Assembly (NCBI GenBank): GCA_963778655.1 | Contig: CAVZVA010000012.1 | Span: 32,001-96,000 of the forward strand | DNA length: 64,000 bases | Source of the DNA: an uncultured delta proteobacterium | Lineage (GTDB): Bacteria; Myxococcota_A; Polyangia; Polyangiales; JAFGIB01 | Reading direction: 5' to 3' | Part shown: positions 9,522 through 19,074 of the stretch, in pieces | How positions within the stretch are numbered: the first letter of the stretch is position 1 | Layout: every line of letters begins with the position of its first letter | Notes under the pieces: generated by a model | Seen by the model: the letters and a program-made list of their open reading frames with translations, nothing else | What the model was told of the DNA's origin: nothing | The model's database searches: none | Program-made: the position numbers and the translations under genes

Positions 9522-9770
9522 CGTGTCGATGCCGGCGTTCAGTCGGCTACCACTTGGGCGCGTCGATCAGGTTGCGTGTCGCGCAGGTCGGGGACTTCGG
9601 CATGCTGACGGAGCTCGGCGTGCTCGCCCATCACTTCAGTCATCCGGTCAAGCTCGACGCCGCTTCGCGCTTCGTCGGCATCGGTGCTCTGGAGCCAAAG
9701 ACGCACATCGACGTTTCCCTGCTGCAGGGCGTGCTCAGTTTGGCGCGTACTACTGAGGCGGTCCCCGGGC

Positions 9771-9842
9771 TGTCCCCGGCGGGGAGTCCCTGTCCCAGGT
9801 TGACGAGTGGGGTGTGCCGTGCGCTCTGGTCAACCCGGGGAC
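9771..9842. repeat. Minimal non-autonomous element: end motif plus inverted end around a 24-bp spacer
   Basis: GAGTCCCTGTCCCAGGTTGAC...GTCAACCCGGGGAC, preceded by GTCCCCGG duplications. Confidence 0.8.
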
Positions 9843-9949
9843 GCACAACCCCGATCGGGCCATCGAGGCGCTCGGCGACGCCGCGCAGGGCCGCGCCAAA
9901 CGCGCCAAACGCAAGCTCGTCATCCGAGTAAAGTGATAGCCTGCGCGGA

Positions 9950-10693
9950 ATGGCTGAACGTCACATCGTAGGCATGGGCGGCGGCGGCTTCCACATGGAG
10001 CCTGAAAACCCGCTGCTCGACGACTTCGTGCTGAGCTTGTCTCGGCGTAGTCCTGCGCGCATCTGCTTGGTGCCGACCGCGAGCGGCGATAACCGCGAGC
10101 TGATCATACGCTTCTATCGCGCCTTCAGCGGGCGCGCGATTCCCACTGATCTCACGCTGATCGGCTCGCCGCAGCTGTCGACGAATCCGCCGCGATCGAG
10201 TCAGCTCGAGAGCTTCGTGCTGGAGCAAGACATCATCTACGCGAGCGGCGGCACCGCGGTAAACATGCTCGCCCTGTGGCGTGCACATGGGCTCGACAAG
10301 GTGTTGCGAAAAGCGTGGGAGCAAGGCGTCGTGATGGCCGGCATGAGCGCGGGGCTCATCTGCTGGTTCGAGGAATTCATCGATGCATCGATGACGGGCA
10401 AGCCGACGCGCATGCGCGACGGGCTCGGCATCTTGAAAGGTAGCGCGTCGCCTCACTTCAACCACGCACCCGAGCAGCACGCTGGCTATCGCAGCATGGT
10501 CGAGCAAGGCCTCGCCGAAGGTTATGGCGTCGACGATGGCGCCGCGCTGCACTTCAAAGGCACGGAGCTCGCCGAGGCGGTCTGCTCGCGGCCCGACGCT
10601 GCTGCCTATCGCATCGCGCGCGGGGCCGATGGCAAAGTCGGCGAAGAAAAGCTGCCGACCCGCTTTCTCGGCGCACGCTCATTGCACGGCTGA
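9950..10693 (+). CDS. pepE: Peptidase E (S51 family)
   Basis: MGGGGF, PTASGD, SGGT..NML, GMSAG nucleophile elbow, PHF, GYGVDDG. Confidence 0.9.
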   Translation: MAERHIVGMGGGGFHMEPENPLLDDFVLSLSRRSPARICLVPTASGDNRELIIRFYRAFSGRAIPTDLTLIGSPQLSTNPPRSSQLESFVLEQDIIYASGGTAVNMLALWRAHGLDKVLRKAWEQGVVMAGMSAGLICWFEEFIDASMTGKPTRMRDGLGILKGSASPHFNHAPEQHAGYRSMVEQGLAEGYGVDDGAALHFKGTELAEAVCSRPDAAAYRIARGADGKVGEEKLPTRFLGARSLHG

Positions 10694-10704
10694 AGCAGCG
10701 CGGG

Positions 10705-10872
10705 GCAATCCCTGCCCCGCGTTGACGAATGGGGAGGACGGCCGCGCGGGTGCTGAAGGAGCCGAAGGGCACAGTCGGACGCCCATCGAAGCGCGTTCGG
10801 GCGTCCGAAGCGCTGTAAGAGCGGTGCAGGCCGTACGGTGAAAACGCAATGCTGCAATTGGCGATGCGCGCC
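10705..10872 (-). repeat. Diverged copy of the element end and non-coding region
   Basis: ATCCCTGCCCCGCGTTGACGAATGGGGAGGACGG plus the conserved block GTGAAAACGCAATGCTGCAATTGGCGATGCGCG. Confidence 0.7.
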
Positions 10873-10874
10873 GC

Positions 10875-11414
10875 GGGTACCTGCCCCAGGTTGATGCGCG
10901 GGAGACCCTGTCCCAGGTTGACGAGAGGGGGAGGAGGGCCGTGCGGAGGGTGGAGGCGCTTCAGAGGGGGATCGGGCGCCGATCCAGCGCGCTGGCGGGC
11001 CGTGGCAGATGCAAAATCGGCGCAGGTCGTGCCGTGAAAGCGCAATGCTGCAATTGGTGACGCGCGCAGGACGGAGCTAACCGTCCGCGCGCGCCGCGCG
11101 AGCCACGAGTGTCGGCGATGGGGCTGTGGTTATCCGGTGTCGAGCGGGGGGCAGGCGGTGTCGAGCGGGGCGCAGGCTACGCGTGCGAAGCGTGCGAGCC
11201 AGAAGGTGCCGGCGGGGAACACGCAGTGCAGGCCGTGACGCCACTTGTGCAGGGCCTCACGGTAGGCGGAGCGGAACGCGTTCAGGATGGCGCGGCCTCG
11301 GCGCTGGCCTTCGGCGGTGCCGGCGGCGAAGGTGGGGTTGAGCTTGCCCTTGCGACGCGGGGTCTTGGGGGCATCGAACGGGTTGAGCTTCTCCAGACGC
11401 TTGGTACCCCAGAA
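10875..11414 (-). mobile_element. Type-B stub followed by a truncated type-A copy (~510 bp)
   Basis: GGGTACC motif at 10875 and GAGACCC motif at 10902; transposase 3' end extends to FWGTKRLEKLNP. Confidence 0.88.
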
Positions 11415-11520
11415 GGCCGTTGGATCCTCCGCTCACGATCGCGATCGCTCGCGATCGCGATCGCGCGGCGATCATGAGGGAAGGCCCGCCGATCGCATTT
11501 TCCTTTTGCAGGAGAGGCCT

Positions 11521-12174
11521 ATGCGCACGAGACAAGTCGCCATCATCGCAGCCGCCATTGCTTCGATTTGCAGCTTCGGGGGGTGCACGGCCAACGTTCA
11601 TGACAACACCCTGAACACCCAAGCGGACCTGACCTTTCACGTCGACGTGTCCGCAGACCACGTGAAACCGGGCGATTCCGTGCCGATCACGATGGACGCG
11701 ACCGGGGTCGTGCTGGTCGAACCCAATGCCCAGCCGGCGCCTGCCGACGCAGACAAGGCCTCTTTCTTCAAGATCTTCTTGGATAACGAGGACAGCGAGC
11801 CGCTGATCACGACCGCGCAAATGCACGTGCAGGTCACCATCCCGAAGGACGCGACGGAGGGCAAACATCACCTGATCTGTCGCCTGTTCAAGCACGACGG
11901 CACGGCGACCGATCAGGAGCAGTCGGTCAGCATCAACGTGTCCGCTTCCGCGAGCGTGACGGTCAATTCCGATGCAGGCGCGGTGGTCACCACCGACGCC
12001 GGCGCGGCGAACACCGGCGTTGCCGGGGCGGGCAGCAACTCTGAGCGTTTTGTGCGAGGTTCCTGCCCTGGGTCGATGGTCGAGGGAGAGCGGCGCGCGG
12101 CGGCCGAGTGGCAACGAACCGCATGCAGGGCGGTGTTGGCACAGAGCTGCAAGAGCGAGCGGCGAGCAGCTTGA
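11521..12174 (+). CDS. Hypothetical lipoprotein with a beta-rich domain; C-terminus probably runs into a degenerate repeat
   Basis: Signal peptide ending SFGGC. Protein-like to ~12045, then reads through GAGGTTCCTGCCCTGGGTCGATG (~12056). Confidence 0.65.
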   Translation: MRTRQVAIIAAAIASICSFGGCTANVHDNTLNTQADLTFHVDVSADHVKPGDSVPITMDATGVVLVEPNAQPAPADADKASFFKIFLDNEDSEPLITTAQMHVQVTIPKDATEGKHHLICRLFKHDGTATDQEQSVSINVSASASVTVNSDAGAVVTTDAGAANTGVAGAGSNSERFVRGSCPGSMVEGERRAAAEWQRTACRAVLAQSCKSERRAA

Positions 12175-12197
12175 AGGAGTACCTCGCCGACGTCAGC

Positions 12198-12396
12198 CTA
12201 GCACTACTGCTCCCAATCTCTCGTGGTTGGATTTCTGTACGCCGTGGATTCGGTCAGAACGGCTTCTCGGGCTTCGCCCTGCGATGCCGGCGCGGCCGCA
12301 GGAATACTCCGTGTATTTCAAGGTCGCGCAACGCCCTGAGCGGGCCTACGCCGTGCGGAAAGGCGGCCGGGAAGGAATTGGGATTAGTAGTGCTAG
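12198..12396. mobile_element. 199-bp miniature inverted-repeat element with CTAG termini
   Basis: CTAGCACTACTgcTCCCAAT...ATTGGGAttAGTAGTGCTAG; 18 of 20 terminal positions pair. Confidence 0.75.
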
Positions 12397-12929
12397 CCGA
12401 GGGTGATGCAATAGCGACGTTTGGGCACCACGAGCCCGGCCTCGGTGACGATGGCGTCGAGCACTCCGCCGTTGGCTTCGATGATCTTGGCCGACGCCTC
12501 GTTGTCGCCGTCGCAAGTCACGAGCGCATGTTCGATGCTCACCTTCCGCGCAACCGGGAGCGCCTGGGCGAGGATCTTCGTGCCATAGCCCTTGCGCCTG
12601 TGCTCCGGCACGACGCCGTACCCGATGTGCCCGCCCACACGGGCCAGGAAATCGTTCAAGCGGTGGCGGATCGAGACGCGCCCCACGAGCGTGCCGTCCA
12701 CGAACGCCAAGAGGTACGTGTTCAGCACGAATCTCTCGGGTAGATCTTTGCCGTGCGTCCAGGCGCGCACGCGCTCGACGTACTTCGAGAAGTCGGTCAC
12801 GCCATCGAACAGAAACGCGAAGTCCCAGCCGGGCTCCGACAGCTCGAAGCTGTGCACCGCGGCCCGGAATGCCGGCTCATCACTCGCGATGGGCAACCTC
12901 AGCAGGAGCTCGCTTGGGGCACCAGGCAT
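12393..12929 (-). CDS. GNAT family N-acetyltransferase
   Basis: VGRVSIRHRLNDFL...GGHIGYGVVPEHRRKGYG, VTCD..NEASAKIIEANGG. Confidence 0.92.
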   Translation of the reverse strand: MPGAPSELLLRLPIASDEPAFRAAVHSFELSEPGWDFAFLFDGVTDFSKYVERVRAWTHGKDLPERFVLNTYLLAFVDGTLVGRVSIRHRLNDFLARVGGHIGYGVVPEHRRKGYGTKILAQALPVARKVSIEHALVTCDGDNEASAKIIEANGGVLDAIVTEAGLVVPKRRYCITLG

Positions 12930-13414
12930 CGTGGTCTCGATGCTCCCGAATCACGCAGCGGATAGCCCGCGTTGACGCATGGCCCACTCTGCCAGCTGTT
13001 ACCGCGCAGGTCCAGCGATGGACATCCGAGCGCGATGCTCGATGGGCATCACGGCGTGCGCGATCGACACCGAGAGAGCGATGGCGATCGCCGCGTGACG
13101 GGGGACCGGCACCTAGCGATGGCCATTGGATGCTCGCAGGCAGCGAGCAGCCAGTCGTTGGGGTCCGGGGCGGCGGCGAGCTCGATGAGCTGACGGTCGA
13201 TCTTCTTGAGCTTTCCGCGCGCGGCGCGCTTGAGGGCGTCGGTGGCGAACACGACTCCGCGGGCCACGGCTTTCGAGGGGATGGTCGCGAAATCCTCGGT
13301 CTGCATTTGTGAAATGCACTCTAGGCGCGGGTGAGGGAGTCGAGCGCATTCATCGCCTCGAGCCGCGGCGCAGCGTTGCTGGCAACCCGGAAGCGCTCGC
13401 GGTATTCTGGCGGT

Positions 13415-13660
13415 GTGAAGCTCGAAGCGCTTCCAGGCTGGATCATCGACAACGCGACCTCCGTGAAGCAGGAGGTGGCGCCCTATGTGAACATGACGCC
13501 GGCGGAGCGCTGGGAGGCGACGAGACGCTGCTGCGAAGCAGCCGCTGCCATGTTGCGCTTCTCGCGAGAGCGTGAGGCAGCGCTGAGCTATCGCGATCCC
13601 TTGCCTGCGGGCAGCATCGCCGCGCTCGCTCGGCTCCGTCGCGCGAATACAGCCGCATGA
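13415..13660 (+). CDS. Small protein coupled to the downstream nucleotidyltransferase
   Basis: GTG start, MTPAERW motif, ATGA overlap with the next gene. Confidence 0.65.
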   Translation: MKLEALPGWIIDNATSVKQEVAPYVNMTPAERWEATRRCCEAAAAMLRFSREREAALSYRDPLPAGSIAALARLRRANTAA

Positions 13661-14241
13661 CCGCGCCGACCCCGAGCAACGCGGCAGAGGCGGGGCTCGC
13701 CATCGCACGCGCCCTGCAGGACGAAGGGATTGCTTACGCGCTTGGCGGCGCGCTCGCGCTCGGTGCGCACGGCGTTCCTCGCGGCACGCTCGACGTGGAC
13801 GTCAATGTGTTCATCCGAAACGACGAGCTGGAGCGCGTCGTCACCTGTTTGCGCTCGCTTGGGATCGAGGTGGACCCGGGAACTGCACGGGCGCGCGTCG
13901 AACGCGACGGCATGTTTACGGGGCGCTGGGCGGGCATGCGCATCGACGTCTTCACGCCGAGCATCCCGTTTTCGCAGGAAGCGGCAAGGACGCGCGTGCA
14001 GCTCACAGACCCATTCGGACAGTCCGCGTGGTTTCTCTCCGCGGAGGCCATCGCCATCTTCAAGCTCCTGTTTCATCGCCCCAAGGACATCGCAGATCTC
14101 GAGCGCTTGTGCGCTGTCCAGGGCCCAGCCTTGCAACGTGAGTACGTACGCTCATGGATCGTCGACATGCTCGGCCCCGACGACGAGCGCGTCCAAACGT
14201 GGGACCGAGTAAGCCGCTTCGGCGTGGCTTCCGATGCATGA
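13657..14241 (+). CDS. Nucleotidyltransferase family protein (AbiEii-like superfamily)
   Basis: YALGGALAL..HGVPRGTLDVDV and FKLLFHRPKDIADLE motifs. Confidence 0.85.
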   Translation: MTAPTPSNAAEAGLAIARALQDEGIAYALGGALALGAHGVPRGTLDVDVNVFIRNDELERVVTCLRSLGIEVDPGTARARVERDGMFTGRWAGMRIDVFTPSIPFSQEAARTRVQLTDPFGQSAWFLSAEAIAIFKLLFHRPKDIADLERLCAVQGPALQREYVRSWIVDMLGPDDERVQTWDRVSRFGVASDA

Positions 14242-14356
14242 CCGAGGAGACTCCGGGAGCTAGGTGGCGCGAATGCAGATCGGTTCGCGGGGGGAGTGGA
14301 TCCGATCCTGAGCACCGCGGGCGGCCGCGCGCGGACGGAGAGGGGAGTCGAATGGG

Positions 14357-14488
14357 CTGTAGCGGACCTGGACTTCGGCCCAGCGCTGGTTGCGCTGACC
14401 GAAGTGCAGCTCCGGTCGCTTGACGACGGTGGGCGCGGCCAGCCAGTCGGCCGGGGTGGAGCGCACGCCATTCCAGTCGCGAAAGTCG
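14357..14488 (-). pseudogene. Internal fragment of a diverged paralogue of the Y1 transposase
   Basis: Translates DFRDWNGVRSTPADWLAAPTVVKRPELHFGQRNQRWAEVQVRYS, versus DFRDWHGVRSTPADWLAAPATVKRPEFHFGQKDKRWAEVPVRYT in the full copies. Confidence 0.85.
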
Positions 14489-14820
14489 TGTCCCGGAGAC
14501 CCTGTCCCGGAGACCCTGTCCCAGGTTGACGAGAGGGGGAGGAGGGCGGCGCGGAGGGTGGAGGCGCTTCAGAGGGGGATCGGGCGCCAATCCAGCGCGC
14601 TGGCGGGCCCTGGCAGATGCAAAATCGGCGCACGTCGTGCGGTGAAGACGTAATGCTGCAATTGGTGACGCGCGCAGGACGGAGCTAACCGTCCGCGCGC
14701 GCCGCGCGAGCCACGAGCGTCGGCGATGGGGCTGTGGTTATCCGGTGTCGAGCGGGGGGCAGGCGGAACCCCACCTTCGCCGCCGGCACCGCCGAAGGCC
14801 AGTGCCGAGGCCGCGCCCAT
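14489..14820 (-). mobile_element. Truncated copy with a tandemly amplified end, followed by an inverted transposase fragment
   Basis: (TGTCCCGGAGACCC)x2 then TGTCCCAGGTTGAC. The copy ends at ~14766; 14767-14820 is transposase sequence (NPTFAAGTAEGQ) in the opposite orientation. Confidence 0.85.
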
Positions 14821-15007
14821 GGCGCGGGAGCTTCAGGCCGGTTCCGGCGTTGCAAGTGAGGGGGAAAACGAATCGCGACTCATCCGTCGATACGTGCTCC
14901 GTGCGCTCTGGGTTTTTGGGGAACTTTCGCGCTGTCTGGTTGTCCGTAAACGCAAGAGCTGTTCGCTTGCGCCGCACCGCGCTCGCGCGCCAGGCCGGAG
15001 CTGACTC

Positions 15008-16429
15008 ATGTCATCCAGTGTATCGTCCACCACCACAGCCGCGGTAGTCGGAGGCAGCATCGCCGGCCTGTGTGCGGCGCGCGTGCTGTCCAAGCACTTC
15101 GATCGCGTCGTCGTGATCGAGGCCGATCGCATCGACGAAAGCGCGCTCGCAGGTCGCAAGGGGGTGCCCCAGAGCCGCTACGCTCATGCCCTGTTGCAGG
15201 GCGGAGAGATGGCGCTCGGACAGCTCTTTCCCGGGTTCGGTGCGCGCTTGCTCGCCCTCGGCGCGCTTCACTTCGACATGGGACAGAGGTTCGCGTTCCT
15301 GCGCGCCGGGGGCTGGGCGCCATCGTTTGCCGCCGGCATGTCGACCTATTGGTGCAGTCGCGCCGTGACCGAGCGCGCCGTGCGCGAGCTCTTCGGCGAG
15401 CAGGTCCGCGCCGAGGTTCACTCCGGATGCAGGGCGACTGCGCTGTGCACCGCGCCAGGCGACGGCGCTCGGCCGCCGCGCGTCACGGGCGTCGAGCTGC
15501 GTCGCTCCGACGGCACGACCGAGCGGCTGGAGGCGCAACTGGTGGTGGATGCGTCTGGACGCGGCAGTCAGTCGTTGCGCTGGCTCGAGAGTCTCGGCGT
15601 CGCGGAGGTGCAGGAGGAAAAGGTCGACGCCCACGTCGCCTATGCCGGTCGATGGTACCAGGCTCCCAAGCTCGGCGAACGGCCCGCGTCGTGGTGGTGG
15701 GACGGGCTGTGGATCGACCCGGTTGCGGGCAGCTCGCCGTTCTTCTCGGTCCTGATCCCTGCCGAGCACGGCCGCTGGTTCGGGGGCATGGCTTGTTACG
15801 GCCCCTGGGACGTGCCCCACGACGAAGCGAGCTTCACGCGCGAGCTACGCGCTCAACGCACGCCGCTGTTGGCGGAAGCGCTCGCGCTGGCCACGCCCGA
15901 GTCCGACGTGCTGGTCACGCGCTCCACCGTCAATCACTTTCGGCACTTCGAGCGCGGCATGACGCGAGCTCGAGGGTTGCTCGCGCTCGGCGACTCGGTC
16001 TGCTCGTTCAACCCTGCCTATGGACAGGGGATGAGCGTGGCCGCGCAGTCCGCGCTCGCGCTCGACGGCGTGCTCACCGAGCTTGGTACCCGCCATCCTG
16101 AGCTCGAGAGCCGTTTCTTCGCCGCACAGGCGCGGCTCAGCCAGCTGCCATGGACGCTGGCGACCGGGGCGGATCTGCAGTTCGACACGACGGACGGGCA
16201 GCGTCCGCGGCTCGGTCGCTGCTTGAACCCGTACTTCGGCGCGCTGATGCGCTGCGCCAACGTCACGCCCGAGGTCATGCGGCGCGTGCTACCCGTGTTC
16301 CATCTGAGCGCAGGCATGCAGCGCTTGGTGCAGCCCGCAGTGGTCATCGAGGTGCTGCGTTACGCGCTCAACGAGCGCCTGCGCCGAGCTCCGCCGTTGG
16401 CCATGCACGCACCGCTGCCTCCGGCGTGA
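15008..16429 (+). CDS. FAD-dependent oxidoreductase/monooxygenase
   Basis: VVGGSIAG Rossmann motif, RKGVPQ..H.H.L, DASGRGS, GDSVCSFNPAYGQGMS. Confidence 0.9.
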   Translation: MSSSVSSTTTAAVVGGSIAGLCAARVLSKHFDRVVVIEADRIDESALAGRKGVPQSRYAHALLQGGEMALGQLFPGFGARLLALGALHFDMGQRFAFLRAGGWAPSFAAGMSTYWCSRAVTERAVRELFGEQVRAEVHSGCRATALCTAPGDGARPPRVTGVELRRSDGTTERLEAQLVVDASGRGSQSLRWLESLGVAEVQEEKVDAHVAYAGRWYQAPKLGERPASWWWDGLWIDPVAGSSPFFSVLIPAEHGRWFGGMACYGPWDVPHDEASFTRELRAQRTPLLAEALALATPESDVLVTRSTVNHFRHFERGMTRARGLLALGDSVCSFNPAYGQGMSVAAQSALALDGVLTELGTRHPELESRFFAAQARLSQLPWTLATGADLQFDTTDGQRPRLGRCLNPYFGALMRCANVTPEVMRRVLPVFHLSAGMQRLVQPAVVIEVLRYALNERLRRAPPLAMHAPLPPA

Positions 16430-16458
16430 GCAGACCGAGCGCTACGAGCGACTCGTGG

Positions 16459-16565
16459 GAGTCCCTGTCCCAGGTTGACGAGAGGGGGAGGAGGGCGGCA
16501 CGGAGGGTGGAGGCGCTTCAGGGCGCGATCGGGCGCCGATCCAGCGCGCTTGCGGGCCGTGGCAG
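16459..16565 (-). mobile_element. Truncated element copy (~107 bp)
   Basis: GAGTCCCTGTCCCAGGTTGACGAGAGGGGGAGG..., 29 nt after the monooxygenase stop. Confidence 0.85.
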
Positions 16566-16784
16566 CCAGGTTGTCGCTCATTCGACAGAGCCAATCAGCT
16601 TCAAGGGATGCGCCACGTTACCGAACGAAAAGGTAACGTTGCAAGCGCCACCGGCCGGTCCATGGACGAACGTTCAAGGGTTATCGGCCGTAAGGTCCTC
16701 TTCGATTGGCGGGACTGACTCAAATTCGGCTCAGCTCACGAAGAGTTGTTCGAGCTGGCTCGGCCTGTGCTACATCCGGTCTGT

Positions 16785-17597
16785 ATGGCAGATGACTTCC
16801 CTCCGGTCTTTCGGCGCGACGGTGAGTACTTCGTGCCGACCGATGCTGCACCCGGTCCCTGGAGCCCCGATGCGCTGCACGGCGGTCCGACCTGCGGATT
16901 GCTGGCGCGCTGTCTCGAAACCCGCGTGGACGACCCGGCGCTGCTGCCCGTGCGCCTGACCGTGGACATGTTCCGCCCCGTACCCAAGGCGCCGCTGTTG
17001 GTGCGCACGCGCGTGGTGCGCGATGGCAAGCGCATCAAGGTCGTCGATGCCGCCATCGTCCACGAGGGTGTGGAGGTGGCGCGAGCAACGGGGCTGTTTC
17101 TGCTGCGCAGCGGCAACGAGCTGAACGACCCCTGGGCGCCGACTCCCCTGCGGGGGCCAGAGGGCATCGAGACCCGCTCGCTGATGGGTGGGCGTAGCGC
17201 CCCCACCCGAGCGCTCCGCGGCTTCCACACGATGATCGAGACGCGCTGGGTAACCGAGCGGGGTTCGGGCCCTCAGGCGGGATGGTTTCGCATGCCCACT
17301 GACCTGATCGAGGGCGAGCCCACCAGCCCGCTGGCCCGGGCCGCTGCGGTCGGCGACTTTGCCAACGCGGTGGCCAGCATGTCGATGCCGCGCGACGCGA
17401 ACGTGCGTGGCCCGGTGTTCATCAACACCGACACCACGCTCTACCTCTCACGCCCGCCGGAGGGCGAATGGATCGGCATGGCGGCGGACTACGGAATCGA
17501 GCGCGACGGTGTGGGTCTGATCGAGGTAGCCCACTTCGACGCCCGCGGCCGCTACGGTCGCTCGCTGCAGGCGCGCCTGGCCAATCGCCGTGGCTGA
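16785..17597 (+). CDS. Thioesterase family protein (double hot-dog fold)
   Basis: GPWSPDALHGGP, RLTVDMFRPVP, VRDGKRI, FINTDTTLYLSRPPEGEWIG. Confidence 0.9.
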   Translation: MADDFPPVFRRDGEYFVPTDAAPGPWSPDALHGGPTCGLLARCLETRVDDPALLPVRLTVDMFRPVPKAPLLVRTRVVRDGKRIKVVDAAIVHEGVEVARATGLFLLRSGNELNDPWAPTPLRGPEGIETRSLMGGRSAPTRALRGFHTMIETRWVTERGSGPQAGWFRMPTDLIEGEPTSPLARAAAVGDFANAVASMSMPRDANVRGPVFINTDTTLYLSRPPEGEWIGMAADYGIERDGVGLIEVAHFDARGRYGRSLQARLANRRG

Positions 17598-17679
17598 GCC
17601 ATCAATCGTCTGCGGCCATCCACGCAGTCGCGTTCACGGCACTCGCAAGGCTCGCGCTCTGGCGCCGCAACTGCGCGGC

Positions 17680-18945
17680 TCACATCCCCGTGGCGATCAG
17701 AGTCTTCACACTGGCGCACACGGGCTTCTGGCTGTTGTCGGGGCGCAGCCAGTTGTAGTTCCACGGATCGTCGCGATGGTAGAGAAAGGAAAACGCCTTC
17801 GCGACGTGGCCCGAGGAGCGGAAGCTCCGTAGGGCGTCCGTCGTGTACGTGGCCTGCAGCTCTTCGGACACCGTCGCGACCGTGTCGGTGCCGCCTGCGG
17901 TCGCCGAGTCCCAGCCGAACTCCGTGATCCAGACCTGGGGATCAGGGTGTCCGTGTGCCTTGAACGCCGTGTACGCGCAGTCGAACCGATTCAGATCGTA
18001 CGAGCAGGGTTCGCTCGTCACTTGCGTCGGGGTCCGCGCTTCGACGTAGTTGTGCGTTGTCGGGAGCACGCGCGGGTCGCTCAGGAAACCGGTGGTGTCG
18101 GCCTGCAAGAGGGGGTCCCGCCACTTCTGCTGAGGGTAGACCTCATCCGCCGAGACGAGCAGCGTGGCGTTCGGCCAGACAGCCCACGCCTCCTTGGCGA
18201 ACGCCTTCACGAGCTCGAGATAGGCAGCGGGATCCGGCTGGGGCTTCCAGAAGCTCGCGTTCCAGGGTTCGTTCCAGACCTCGAGCACCTTCGGCGGGTC
18301 TTGCATGCTGCGCCAGTTGTCGACCATTCGCTGCGCCCACTCAGCATAGTTCTGGGGTAGTGGAGGATACTTGTCGTCGTTCTGCCCGCTCAGGTCGGTG
18401 AACCCGTAGTCGGCGATCGGGAGCACCTCGATGCCGTACGTGCGTGCCGTCTCGATGACCGCGGCGGTCGGGCGGTCCATGCGAGCGTTCTTGATGCCAA
18501 TCGCTTGAAGCGCGGCAAAGTCCTGCGTGCTGTACGCGCAGACACCGGTGAAGTCGCCGTACCCCGTGGGTTGAGGCGAGGGGCCACCGATGGTGGCATC
18601 GACGTCGCCCCCGTCCGGTGTCGCCGAACCGCCGTCCGTTGTCGTGGAAGCGTCGCCCGGCGCAGGCCGTCCCCCGTCCGCCGGAGCGCCGCCGCTCGAG
18701 GTACTGCCTCCCGGCTGGGCACCGCCACTCGACATCGTCATCCCGCCCGCCCCGCCCGCGCCGGCACTGACTCCACTGCCGCCGGAGCCCGCAGCACTGC
18801 GTTCTGCGGTGGCAGCACTGTGTCCTCCGGTGGCGGACGCCGACGCATCGAGCCCGCCTGGCGCCGTCGCCGCGGCGCTACACCCGGAAAGGACCACCAG
18901 CGCGAGGAATGTGCGTCTTGGATCGAATCTGCACCGCATGAGCAT
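17680..18945 (-). CDS. Lipoprotein glycoside hydrolase, clan GH-A (GH5/GH39-like)
   Basis: Lipobox LSGC, Gly-rich linker, EVWNEP acid/base and VWITEFGW nucleophile motifs. Confidence 0.8.
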   Translation of the reverse strand: MLMRCRFDPRRTFLALVVLSGCSAAATAPGGLDASASATGGHSAATAERSAAGSGGSGVSAGAGGAGGMTMSSGGAQPGGSTSSGGAPADGGRPAPGDASTTTDGGSATPDGGDVDATIGGPSPQPTGYGDFTGVCAYSTQDFAALQAIGIKNARMDRPTAAVIETARTYGIEVLPIADYGFTDLSGQNDDKYPPLPQNYAEWAQRMVDNWRSMQDPPKVLEVWNEPWNASFWKPQPDPAAYLELVKAFAKEAWAVWPNATLLVSADEVYPQQKWRDPLLQADTTGFLSDPRVLPTTHNYVEARTPTQVTSEPCSYDLNRFDCAYTAFKAHGHPDPQVWITEFGWDSATAGGTDTVATVSEELQATYTTDALRSFRSSGHVAKAFSFLYHRDDPWNYNWLRPDNSQKPVCASVKTLIATGM

Positions 18946-19074
18946 CCCCAGAACGTTCTACGAAATTAGCCCTCTAACGCTGGGAGAGGTCGCGCGCAAA
19001 TTCCGCCGCGGCAGAAAGGCCGCCCAAATTCCAGCTGGCACCTTCCCAGAGTAGTCTTTCGTCCCCAGCACGCA

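Noticed and set aside
12137..12152. sigma54-like TGGCAC...TGCA
   Set aside because: GG-to-GC spacing is one base short and no gene start follows.
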